Positions 1 through 7,334 of a stretch of DNA of 53,242 nt are shown here, in pieces. The notes under the pieces are model-generated. The model saw nothing but the letters and a program-made list of their open reading frames with translations, was not told the DNA's origin and did no database searches. Position 1 is the stretch's first letter; each line of letters begins with the position of its first letter. The stretch is from a virus (Duplodnaviria; Caudoviricetes), in the IMG/VR virus record IMGVR_UViG_3300017788_000033, positions 1 to 53,242 of that record. One strand, given 5' to 3'. The translations under genes were made by a program, and so were the position numbers.

Positions 1-1
1 T

Positions 2-172
2 GCTCTGTGGCTGCAGAATGATTATGCTCTGTACAGCTTTGCTCGTCGCTATGATGATTACTCTAAGTTCGTAGCTGCCATTGGGTTTGGTTCTGAAACT
101 CCTGACGGTGTTTCCTTTGCATCTCCGAAGCTTGACTACAATGAGCTGAATGAAATGCTCCAAGATCTCTGA
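2..172 (+). CDS. 3' end of a small conserved cyanophage hypothetical protein (partial; start lies before the window)
   Basis: Frame open from nt 2 to TGA at 170-172, reading ALWLQNDYALYSFARRYDDYSKF...ETPDGVSFASPKLDYNELNEMLQDL. The ALWxxND-x-LY and TPDGV motifs resemble a small cyanomyophage family. Not in the ORF track. Confidence 0.75.
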   Translation, partial: ALWLQNDYALYSFARRYDDYSKFVAAIGFGSETPDGVSFASPKLDYNELNEMLQDL

Positions 173-209
173 GTTTCGTTAACACCTTTTCTTCAAACTT
201 TTCCGACTT

Positions 210-497
210 ATGAACAACATTCACGACCTCAACGACAGCATCAAACTCTCCGAGCAGCTGGCCCTGGAGCACTATGAAAAGCTGAACGGTGTTGTGGATT
301 ATCGTCTTCCCGGAGTTTGCAATCATTACTTTGCATCTTATGATCTGCACGGTGATCGTGATGGTGAAATCTGCCTCACATGTAAAGTCTCTAAAACCGT
401 TAAAGGCCAAGTCCGTTATACTTGGCAAATCAACGGTAAGCGTATCGCAGAGAAGTATATTGTAACTCAATTTGTTGAACTTGGTGCCTTTCGGTAA
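210..497 (+). CDS. Small hypothetical protein (95 aa), early-type gene cluster
   Basis: ATG-started ORF, co-oriented and closely packed with its neighbours; C/T-rich leader without a Shine-Dalgarno (SD) sequence. Confidence 0.75.
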   Translation: MNNIHDLNDSIKLSEQLALEHYEKLNGVVDYRLPGVCNHYFASYDLHGDRDGEICLTCKVSKTVKGQVRYTWQINGKRIAEKYIVTQFVELGAFR

Positions 498-540
498 CTG
501 ATACTTAAACCCCTCAATCACACACTTCGCTAACAACATC

Positions 541-765
541 ATGACCAACATTGACATCTCCAAAGCAAGCAAACTGGATCTGCTGATTGCTGATACCCGT
601 GGAGAGATTAAGTATACTGTGCTCAAGCCTTCGCGTCGAGGTGTGAAAGCACTCACAGGTCAGCGAGCTTGGGCGAACGCTGCTCCTAAAGGGGCCTTCC
701 TGCATGGTGCTATCAGTGAGGCAGCTGCAGTGGAGAAAAACAACAAATGCTCTAAGGCTTGTTGA
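541..765 (+). CDS. Small basic hypothetical protein (74 aa)
   Basis: ATG-started ORF with a C/A-rich leader and codon style like the upstream small ORFs. Confidence 0.7.
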   Translation: MTNIDISKASKLDLLIADTRGEIKYTVLKPSRRGVKALTGQRAWANAAPKGAFLHGAISEAAAVEKNNKCSKAC

Positions 766-777
766 GGTTGATATAGC

Positions 778-975
778 GTCCCCTCTGAGGCTTATGAGCA
801 CTTGGAGGGGACACGAATACACCTTGGACGAGCAGCAGTTCTCGTGTAGCTTATGAGCAGTTTGAGCAGTTGTTTTGTGCGCGGTTTGTGTTAGCGCGGG
901 GCGCGGTGGCCCCCCTAAAAGAAAAAACGCTCACTACCCTAATCTATAACGACCCCAAAAAGCGCTCGAAAAGCC
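778..975. other. Structured GC-rich intergenic element (twin hairpins with identical apex plus a GC hairpin); candidate origin or ncRNA
   Basis: GTCCCCTC 778-785 pairs with GAGGGGAC 805-812. GCTTATGAGCA occurs at 790-800 and 849-859. GGGGC 898-902 pairs with GCCCC 909-913. Composition switches from G/T-rich to C/A-rich near 905-910. Confidence 0.55.
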
Positions 976-1003
976 ATAAGTATTCAAAAATTTTTTCGTG
1001 GCC

Positions 1004-1010
1004 ATAAATA
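1004..1010 (+). promoter_or_regulatory. T4-like late promoter core ATAAATA
   Basis: Matches the cyanomyophage late promoter consensus; ends 20 nt before the ATG at 1031. Confidence 0.55.
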
Positions 1011-1030
1011 CTTTTTTTAGGTCAATTGAA

Positions 1031-1396
1031 ATGTTTTATAGGAAACTCGACATTAAGAATTTTAAAAATATCCAAGAAAAAATTACCCCCTACTTAATAA
1101 ACTTTGTAAGTACAGATATAAATCGGTCTGAAGAAAAATTGTTTTACAATTTGATATCTCAAAAGAATCTCGAAAAATTTAAGAAAGATATTCCAGAGTT
1201 ATTCGAAAGTGTTCGACAAAAACTCTGCAGTGAAATTATCCTCATGTCTTACATCTATGTGGATGGTGTTGAAGAGATTCCCATACATATAGATGGTGGA
1301 GTCAATTGTTCTCTTGAGAGAAGAACTCGGTTAAATTGGCCAATATTAAACGGAGAGAGTGCGGAAACAATCTTTTATCAAAAGTATTTTAATTAA
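1031..1396 (+). CDS. HxD-containing cupin/2OG-Fe(II) oxygenase-like protein, probably C-terminally truncated
   Basis: IPIHIDG...RLNWPILN...ETIFY motif. It stops just after, with no distal His. Start moved from GTG 998 to ATG 1031 because the late box lies at 1004-1010. Confidence 0.5.
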   Translation: MFYRKLDIKNFKNIQEKITPYLINFVSTDINRSEEKLFYNLISQKNLEKFKKDIPELFESVRQKLCSEIILMSYIYVDGVEEIPIHIDGGVNCSLERRTRLNWPILNGESAETIFYQKYFN

Positions 1397-1404
1397 AAAC
1401 TAAG

Positions 1405-2520
1405 ATGGAAATCAAAACATTATCTTTCGTTCCAGCAGTACCTTTTAATGATACCCTTGAAACTTTTTTCGATTCATATAAAGTCGATAAAGATATAGAG
1501 TGTTATCAATTATTCTTTTCTCCATATGGAGATGCAACAAATTTTGATGACCTAGATCAAATTAAATTCAATAGTGAAATTGTTATTCTTAATATTATAG
1601 ATTCACTGATTGATTTGGATGATCAACTTCGAATTGATAAATTAAAACAATTTTGCGAAAATAATCCAGAACAAAAATTTATTATATTTAATTTTCATTT
1701 CAATCTAAAGAGAAACCTCAGTATACCTAATTTATATTTGGATACAATTTGGTCAATTGATTTCGAACAAAAATTAATTCCTTGTGAAAAGGAAAATTTA
1801 AGTAATAATTGGATCTGTCTGAATTCTGGTACAAAATTGCATCGAGTTATGATAACATCTTATTTGTTATCTAAAGATTATTGTAATAATGGAAGCTTTA
1901 CTTTTCAAGTTGGCGCTCCAACTCTTACACGTTATGATAAGTATAGAAACTTAACTAAAATGAAAGATGATTTTAGAAAAGATCTTTCGAAGGGTTTTGC
2001 AAAGTTTAAGTCAAAGGATTTTAATCAACTTGAAGTAGTTGCATATGATAATGATGTTTATACATTTGCTTCAAATTATAATAATAATTTGTTACCAGTT
2101 TATAAAAATTTTGCCTTAGAAATTGTAACTGGAACAATGTTTTTTGAAAGTACTCCTCTTTTGAGTGAAAAAGAAATTCAATCTGTTTATGCTAAAAATT
2201 TTCCAATTTACATGAATGGAGTTGGAATGGCTAAGGAAATGAAAAAGTTTTTTGATATTGATATTTTTGAAGACATAATTGATCATAGTTATGATGATGT
2301 TGAGGATCATTTTGATCGAATATTTACAGCAATTAACAAAAATCAACATCTCTTGGATGGCTCAACAAATATTAGAGAGATGTGGTATGATAATGAAAAA
2401 AGATTCGAAGAAAATTGCAATAAAATGGATTCATTGTTTTATGATAAAAAATATAAGATTGAAATCAATCACAATAAAATTAAAAAAGCCTTGAGTCATT
2501 TTAATGTTACTGTAAAATAA
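1405..2520 (+). CDS. Putative glycosyltransferase-like protein (GT-B/GT10-like C-terminus)
   Basis: WICLN..K.HR, then EIVTGT...LSEKEIQS...FPI...G...FEDIIDHSYDDVED..DR, a pattern common in phage glycosyltransferase-like proteins; AT-rich. Confidence 0.55.
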   Translation: MEIKTLSFVPAVPFNDTLETFFDSYKVDKDIECYQLFFSPYGDATNFDDLDQIKFNSEIVILNIIDSLIDLDDQLRIDKLKQFCENNPEQKFIIFNFHFNLKRNLSIPNLYLDTIWSIDFEQKLIPCEKENLSNNWICLNSGTKLHRVMITSYLLSKDYCNNGSFTFQVGAPTLTRYDKYRNLTKMKDDFRKDLSKGFAKFKSKDFNQLEVVAYDNDVYTFASNYNNNLLPVYKNFALEIVTGTMFFESTPLLSEKEIQSVYAKNFPIYMNGVGMAKEMKKFFDIDIFEDIIDHSYDDVEDHFDRIFTAINKNQHLLDGSTNIREMWYDNEKRFEENCNKMDSLFYDKKYKIEINHNKIKKALSHFNVTVK

Positions 2521-2562
2521 CTAAAATCATATATAATTTTTGAAATGAACATAAAATAATAT

Positions 2563-2712
2563 ATGGAACTTAAGCTAGACTATCAGGAAAAGGATCTACT
2601 CATTGATTGCATTCAACATCGTTTAGATACTGATAAAATTTTAGTCATCAATGAATCTCTTAAGAATGAAATTGAAGATTTATTAGTCAAAATTGAAGAA
2701 GAATGTGTTTGA
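2563..2712 (+). CDS. Small acidic hypothetical protein (49 aa)
   Basis: MELKLDYQEKDLLIDCIQHRLDTDKILVINESLKNEIEDLLVKIEEECV*. It fills the intergenic gap and is below the ORF-track cutoff. Confidence 0.65.
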   Translation: MELKLDYQEKDLLIDCIQHRLDTDKILVINESLKNEIEDLLVKIEEECV

Positions 2713-2740
2713 TTTAATACTCTAAATAAACCAGAAACCA

Positions 2741-2769
2741 TTGCATGAATTGACTTGTAGTGGTAGAAT
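2741..2769 (+). promoter_or_regulatory. Sigma70-type (host RNA polymerase) promoter
   Basis: TTGCAT 2741-2746, 17-nt spacer, extended -10 TG-n-TAGAAT (TAGAAT 2764-2769), upstream of ATG 2793. Confidence 0.6.
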
Positions 2770-2792
2770 GATAACGTCGCAATTCTAATTTT

Positions 2793-3545
2793 ATGTCTAA
2801 AGGATTTACAATTAAAGCTAACGCACCAACTCCAAAGAAAAGTGAAGAGGATTTTGATTTGAATGCTGCGAAAGAAATGATTCGTGGTAAGTCAATCGTT
2901 TTCTGTCTTCCTGGTCGTGGAGTTTCTTATATCTACTTGAAGAACTTTGTTCAACTCTGTTTTGATTTGGTTCAGAATGGTGCAGCCATTCAAATTTCAC
3001 AGGATTATTCTTCCATGGTTAACTTTGCACGTTGCAAAGTTTTAGGAGCAAATGTTCTTCGTGGTCCAAAACAAATTCCTTGGGATGGTAAACTAAAGTA
3101 TGATTACCAACTTTGGATTGACTCTGATATTGTTTTTGATACTGAAAAGTTTTATCGTCTTGTTGCAATGGATAAAGACATTGCTGCTGGTTGGTATATG
3201 ACCGAAGATGGTCATACGACTTCTGTTGCTCATTGGCTTGAAGAAGATGACTTTAAGAACAACGGTGGAGTCATGAATCATGAGACCGGAGAGACCATGA
3301 GTAAGCGCCGTAAACCCTTTACGGTTGACTATACGGGGTTTGGATGGGTTCTGATTAAGAAGGGTGTCTTTGAGTCTCTGGAGTACCCCTGGTTCGCTCC
3401 TAAGATGCAAGTTTTTGACTCTGGAGAAGTCCAAGATATGTGTGGAGAAGACGTTTCTTTCTGTCTTGATGCAAAGGCAGCGGGTTTTGAGATCTGGTGT
3501 GATCCTAAAATTCGCGTGGGTCATGAAAAAACTCGTATTATTTGA
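2793..3545 (+). CDS. Conserved cyanophage GT-A fold (GT2-like) glycosyltransferase
   Basis: DYQLWIDSDIVF (DxD motif), VDYTGFGWVLIKKGVFE, GEDVSFC, and RVGHEK C-terminal His motif. Confidence 0.85.
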   Translation: MSKGFTIKANAPTPKKSEEDFDLNAAKEMIRGKSIVFCLPGRGVSYIYLKNFVQLCFDLVQNGAAIQISQDYSSMVNFARCKVLGANVLRGPKQIPWDGKLKYDYQLWIDSDIVFDTEKFYRLVAMDKDIAAGWYMTEDGHTTSVAHWLEEDDFKNNGGVMNHETGETMSKRRKPFTVDYTGFGWVLIKKGVFESLEYPWFAPKMQVFDSGEVQDMCGEDVSFCLDAKAAGFEIWCDPKIRVGHEKTRII

Positions 3546-3551
3546 TTTCTG

Positions 3552-3579
3552 GCGCGTTTGAAAATCAATTTCGGCGCGC
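3552..3579. other. GC-rich intergenic stem-loop without U-tract
   Basis: GCGCG 3552-3556 pairs with CGCGC 3575-3579, and GAAA pairs with TTTC. It lies directly after the GT2 stop codon. Confidence 0.5.
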
Positions 3580-3609
3580 AAATAAAACCAATTGTGAGGT
3601 ATTAAAAAA

Positions 3610-3762
3610 ATGGCAGTAAAAGCAAAAGGTGGATTAAATAAAAATACTGGTTATATTCCTGGAACTCCTAAAAAAAGTCGTCAAGGAATGGGAAATGGAA
3701 CTAAATATGCTGCAACTAGTCGTAATAAGGCTAGGAAACCATATCGGGGACAAGGAAAATGA
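3610..3762 (+). CDS. Small highly basic conserved cyanophage protein (50 aa, ...YRGQGK)
   Basis: SD GAGG upstream. MAVKAKGG...PKKSRQG.G..TKYAATSRN..RKPYRGQGK*. Not in the ORF track. Confidence 0.8.
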   Translation: MAVKAKGGLNKNTGYIPGTPKKSRQGMGNGTKYAATSRNKARKPYRGQGK

Positions 3763-3860
3763 CTAAATGGATTCATAAAGAGGGATATTCAAGACCAGAT
3801 AAACGTTATAAGGGGATTAAAACACAAGCAAAAGCAAATAAAGGTAAAAAGTCTAAATAA
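3759..3860 (+). CDS. Small basic peptide (33 aa)
   Basis: ATGA overlap with the upstream stop; MTKWIHKEGYSRPDKRYKGIKTQAKANKGKKSK*. Confidence 0.55.
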   Translation: MTKWIHKEGYSRPDKRYKGIKTQAKANKGKKSK

Positions 3861-3892
3861 ATTTAAATAGTAATATAAATTTTTTTAAAAAG

Positions 3893-4048
3893 ATGTCAGA
3901 AACAACTCCAAAAGTAGGTCCAACTGTTGCAGATGCACCAGAATCAACACCAGAAACTGCAAAAGTTTTTGATTATAATGTAGCTGCAAATGCACGAACA
4001 GTTGCTCCATCAAAACCAAATCCCGCCTCACCACTCGCTGCAGGATGA
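3893..4048 (+). CDS. Small Pro/Ala/Thr-rich hypothetical protein (51 aa)
   Basis: MSETTPKVGPTVADAPESTPETAKVFDYNVAANARTVAPSKPNPASPLAAG*. Its stop abuts ATG 4050, and a CTAAATA box lies at 3853-3859. Confidence 0.65.
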   Translation: MSETTPKVGPTVADAPESTPETAKVFDYNVAANARTVAPSKPNPASPLAAG

Positions 4049-4049
4049 T

Positions 4050-4517
4050 ATGACCGAAAAGGAAGCATATATTAAAGAATGGATACGAGAAGTATCTAAA
4101 AATCGACCAGAGATGGATGGATTTGCAGTTTGTCCATATGCTTCCAATTCAAAAACTTTAATTGTAGAGACTACCATTGATGACATTGTGCCCGAACCAG
4201 GTCATGATGTCATCATTTTTATAATTGAAGACTTTTGGAGAGAAAATCAAGTTAAAAAATGGGTTGCTCATTACAATGAAAAGTTTCCATATTATAAATT
4301 TTTTGAAGATTTGTCATCCAGAGATACATTTATTAGTGGTGTAAAAACAAATAATGAAAAATATAACCTTATTTTGTGTCAATCGAAACGAAAATTGAGC
4401 AAAATTCGTAAAAAATTAATGGAAACTGACTATTATACTTATTGGACAGAAGAATATCTCGGAGAGATTCTTGGAGAAGATGCAAAATATATAGAAAATG
4501 CCATTGAGGAGAATTAA
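4050..4517 (+). CDS. DUF1415-like hypothetical protein
   Basis: IKEWI..VS...CPYA N-terminal motif and LILCQ...L...YY C-terminus. Start set at ATG 4050 because 3990 overlaps the upstream gene. Confidence 0.65.
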   Translation: MTEKEAYIKEWIREVSKNRPEMDGFAVCPYASNSKTLIVETTIDDIVPEPGHDVIIFIIEDFWRENQVKKWVAHYNEKFPYYKFFEDLSSRDTFISGVKTNNEKYNLILCQSKRKLSKIRKKLMETDYYTYWTEEYLGEILGEDAKYIENAIEEN

Positions 4518-4721
4518 ATGGAAGAATTAAATTTGCCACAAAGACCAAATACTTCAAAAAGTGATGATGCTATTAAAGGATCCGATGGAATTGGTATAAA
4601 ATATTTGTCTCCAGAGGAATTAAAACTTCTTGAAGCTGCAACACCTTTCTTACCTCCACAAATGAGAGCATTTCAAATGCAAGATATGGTGAGAAATCTT
4701 AAAAATAATAACAATAATTGA
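4518..4721 (+). CDS. Hypothetical protein (67 aa)
   Basis: Immediately follows the previous stop, with SD GAGGAG upstream. Confidence 0.65.
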   Translation: MEELNLPQRPNTSKSDDAIKGSDGIGIKYLSPEELKLLEAATPFLPPQMRAFQMQDMVRNLKNNNNN

Positions 4722-4726
4722 CATTT

Positions 4727-4775
4727 CGGGATAGCAACCCCGTAAAAAGTTCTGATTTAACGTTAAATCAGGAGC
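4727..4775 (+). promoter_or_regulatory. Two-hairpin leader; the second hairpin overlaps the SD
   Basis: CGGG 4727-4730 pairs with CCCG 4739-4742. Perfect palindrome CTGATTTAAC-GTTAAATCAG at 4752-4771 overlaps AGGAG 4770-4774, before ATG 4781. Confidence 0.6.
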
Positions 4776-4780
4776 TAAAA

Positions 4781-5020
4781 ATGTCAAATTTACCCGTGGA
4801 TAGAGACAGAGAATACATGAAACAAATGTGGGGAACCACAAAATTAATTACGGATTACGACTTAGAACCATCAAAAAGGATGATTCAAGAGGTTATGTAT
4901 GATCATGCACCAATTCATGATCTAAAGAAACAAACAGAACTTCATGAGAAGATTCGTAATGATGAAGACTATGATGATTGGTCATATGGAACTGAACCAA
5001 CATATGGTAAAAAATGGTAA
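4781..5020 (+). CDS. Conserved cyanophage hypothetical protein upstream of gp25
   Basis: MSNLPVDRDREYMKQMWGTTKLITDY...DEDYDDW. SD AGGAG supports ATG 4781 rather than TTG 4718. Confidence 0.75.
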   Translation: MSNLPVDRDREYMKQMWGTTKLITDYDLEPSKRMIQEVMYDHAPIHDLKKQTELHEKIRNDEDYDDWSYGTEPTYGKKW

Positions 5021-5038
5021 AAATGTCTTATACATATA

Positions 5039-5045
5039 ATAAATA
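5039..5045 (+). promoter_or_regulatory. Late promoter core ATAAATA upstream of gp25
   Basis: Ends 15 nt before ATG 5061. Confidence 0.6.
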
Positions 5046-5060
5046 CCCTTAGTTTGAGTA

Positions 5061-5459
5061 ATGACTAGGATTTCTCGCAAATTTAAGGATATAAGTCTCT
5101 CTTTTGTGAGAAATCCTGTGACTAATGATATATTATCTATTAATGATGCTGATGCAATTAAAAAATCAGTCATTAACTTAGTCAGAACTCGAAATGGTGA
5201 AAGATTTTTTAATTCATTTATTGGATCTCAAGTTGAAAATTCTATGTTTGAGTTGCAATCTCCAGAAATTGCATATTCGTTAGAATTGGAAATAAGAGCT
5301 TTGTTAAAAAATTTTGAAAGAAGAATTTCTTTATCTTCTGTACTTGTTTCTTATCTTGAAGATTCTAATGATTTTAATGTTAGAATTGCATACGACATAA
5401 CTGGACTTCCTGTTCCAACTCAAACTATAGATTTTATACTGCAACCAACTAGAGTCTAA
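5061..5459 (+). CDS. gp25: Baseplate wedge subunit gp25
   Basis: FKDISLSF..NP.TND....DAIKKSV.NL..T..GERFF...GS...FERRI; size and position before gp6. Confidence 0.93.
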   Translation: MTRISRKFKDISLSFVRNPVTNDILSINDADAIKKSVINLVRTRNGERFFNSFIGSQVENSMFELQSPEIAYSLELEIRALLKNFERRISLSSVLVSYLEDSNDFNVRIAYDITGLPVPTQTIDFILQPTRV

Positions 5460-7333
5460 TGTCATTTAATCAATTTACAAATTTAGACTTCGGGGATCTC
5501 AGAACGCAGATCAAAGATTATTTGCGTGCAAATCAAAATTTTACTGATTTTGATTTTGAAGGATCTAATTTTTCAGTATTAATTGATCTATTAACATATA
5601 ACAGTTACATAACTGCATATAACTCGAATATGACAGTTAATGAAATGTTTTTAGAAAGTGCGACTTTGAGAGAAAATGTAGTTTCACTTGCTAGAAATAT
5701 TGGATATTTACCTAGATCAAGGAGATCTGCAATAGCAAATGTAAGTTTTACAGTTGATATGAGTCAAACTGATGCTAGAACTGTAAAATTATTAGCGGGT
5801 CAAGTTGCTCTTGGCGCAGTTTCAAATGGCAATTATATTTTTTCAATTCCAGAAGATATTACAACACCTGTTAATAGTGATGGAATCGCTATTTTTGATA
5901 ATTTACCAATTTATGAAGGGGTATTTTTAACTAGTACTTTTATTGTCGATGAATCTCAAACTAATCAGAGATTTATTTTACCAAACACTAATGTTGATAC
6001 TACTTCCATCAGAGTTAAAGTAACAGATCAAGTTACAGAAGTTTATTCGGCATATGATAATTTATTAGATGTGGGAAAAGAATCTAGAATTTTCTTAATT
6101 CAAGAAGTTGATGGTGCAAAATACGAAATTAGATTTGGTGATAATATTGTTGGAAAAAAACCAACTAATGGAAGCAGAGTAGAGGTGACATATATTGTTA
6201 CAAATGGATCTTCTGGCAATGGAGCTACCAACTTTACATTTTCTGGTAGATTGAAAGATAACAACTTATTTGATATTACTAATGGTATTTCTTTATTAAT
6301 TACACAATCTAAGTCTGAAAATGGAGATGAAATTGAGTCAGTAGATTCAATTAAATATTTTTCCCCAAAAGTTTATGCTTCTCAATATCGAGCTGTAACA
6401 TCAAATGATTACAAGTCTCTTATACCATACATTTATCCAAATGTGGAGTCTGTAAATGCTTATGGCGGAGATGAATTAGATCCACCGGAATATGGTAAAG
6501 TATTCATATCTATTAAACCAAGAAATGGAACGTTTTTGTCTGAGATTACAAAACAAACAATATTAAGCACCATAAAAAAATACTCAATAGCTGGTATCAG
6601 ACCCGAAATAATAGATCTTTCATATCTTTATATTGAATTGGATACCTCTGTTTACTATAATGTAAACCGATTGAGTAATCCACAAATAGCAAAAACAAAA
6701 GTAGTTGATACTTTGACATCTTATTCTAACTCAAAAGACGTTAACAGTTTTGGTGGTAGATTTAAATATAGTAAAATTGTGGGATTAATTGATAATTGCG
6801 ATAAATCAATAACATCTAATATTACAAAAGTTAAAATGAGAAGGGATTTAAATCCAGAAATAAACACTTTTGCAACTTATGAACTTTGCTTTGGAAATCA
6901 AATACATACTAAAGATGGAGGATATTCAATAAAATCTACTGGATTTTTAATTGATGGAATATCTGATGTTTTATACATGGCAGATTCTCCATCAACTTCA
7001 AATAAAACAACTGGAAATATATTTTTCTTTAAATTAGAAAATAATTTACCAGTAATTGTTAAAAATAATGCAGGAACTGTTGATTATATTAGAGGTGAAA
7101 TTAGATTAGATGTTGTTAATATAACATCATCTGTTTTAAATAATGGTTTTATAGAGGTTCAAGCCATTCCAGAATCAAATGATGTTATAGGTCTTCAGGA
7201 TTTATATCTACAATTGGATGTTAAAAATTCTGTGGTAAATATTATAGAAGATGTTGTCAGTTCCGGAGAAAATTCCTCTGCCACACAATATGTAACTACA
7301 TCTAGCTACTTAAACGGAAGGTATACAAGATAA
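5459..7333 (+). CDS. gp6: Baseplate wedge subunit gp6
   Basis: LDF..LR..IK.YL....FTDFDFEGSNFSVLIDLL.YN, FLESATLRENVVSLAR.IGY.PRS, QYRAVT..DY, GTVDY..G. Confidence 0.95.
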   Translation: MSFNQFTNLDFGDLRTQIKDYLRANQNFTDFDFEGSNFSVLIDLLTYNSYITAYNSNMTVNEMFLESATLRENVVSLARNIGYLPRSRRSAIANVSFTVDMSQTDARTVKLLAGQVALGAVSNGNYIFSIPEDITTPVNSDGIAIFDNLPIYEGVFLTSTFIVDESQTNQRFILPNTNVDTTSIRVKVTDQVTEVYSAYDNLLDVGKESRIFLIQEVDGAKYEIRFGDNIVGKKPTNGSRVEVTYIVTNGSSGNGATNFTFSGRLKDNNLFDITNGISLLITQSKSENGDEIESVDSIKYFSPKVYASQYRAVTSNDYKSLIPYIYPNVESVNAYGGDELDPPEYGKVFISIKPRNGTFLSEITKQTILSTIKKYSIAGIRPEIIDLSYLYIELDTSVYYNVNRLSNPQIAKTKVVDTLTSYSNSKDVNSFGGRFKYSKIVGLIDNCDKSITSNITKVKMRRDLNPEINTFATYELCFGNQIHTKDGGYSIKSTGFLIDGISDVLYMADSPSTSNKTTGNIFFFKLENNLPVIVKNNAGTVDYIRGEIRLDVVNITSSVLNNGFIEVQAIPESNDVIGLQDLYLQLDVKNSVVNIIEDVVSSGENSSATQYVTTSSYLNGRYTR

Positions 7334-7334
7334 A

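Noticed and set aside
63-822. Minus-strand ORFs 63-656 and 514-822
   Set aside because: Antisense shadows of three well-packed + strand genes; no recognisable motifs.
766-1000. tRNA gene in the GC-rich intergenic region
   Set aside because: No cloverleaf or T-loop GTTC-R-A motif in the right context could be found by eye.
3552-3579. Hairpin as an intrinsic terminator
   Set aside because: No U-tract follows it on either strand; kept only as a stem-loop.
4718-4748. TTGACA at 4718-4723 as a sigma70 -35
   Set aside because: No credible -10 hexamer at 16-18 nt spacing.
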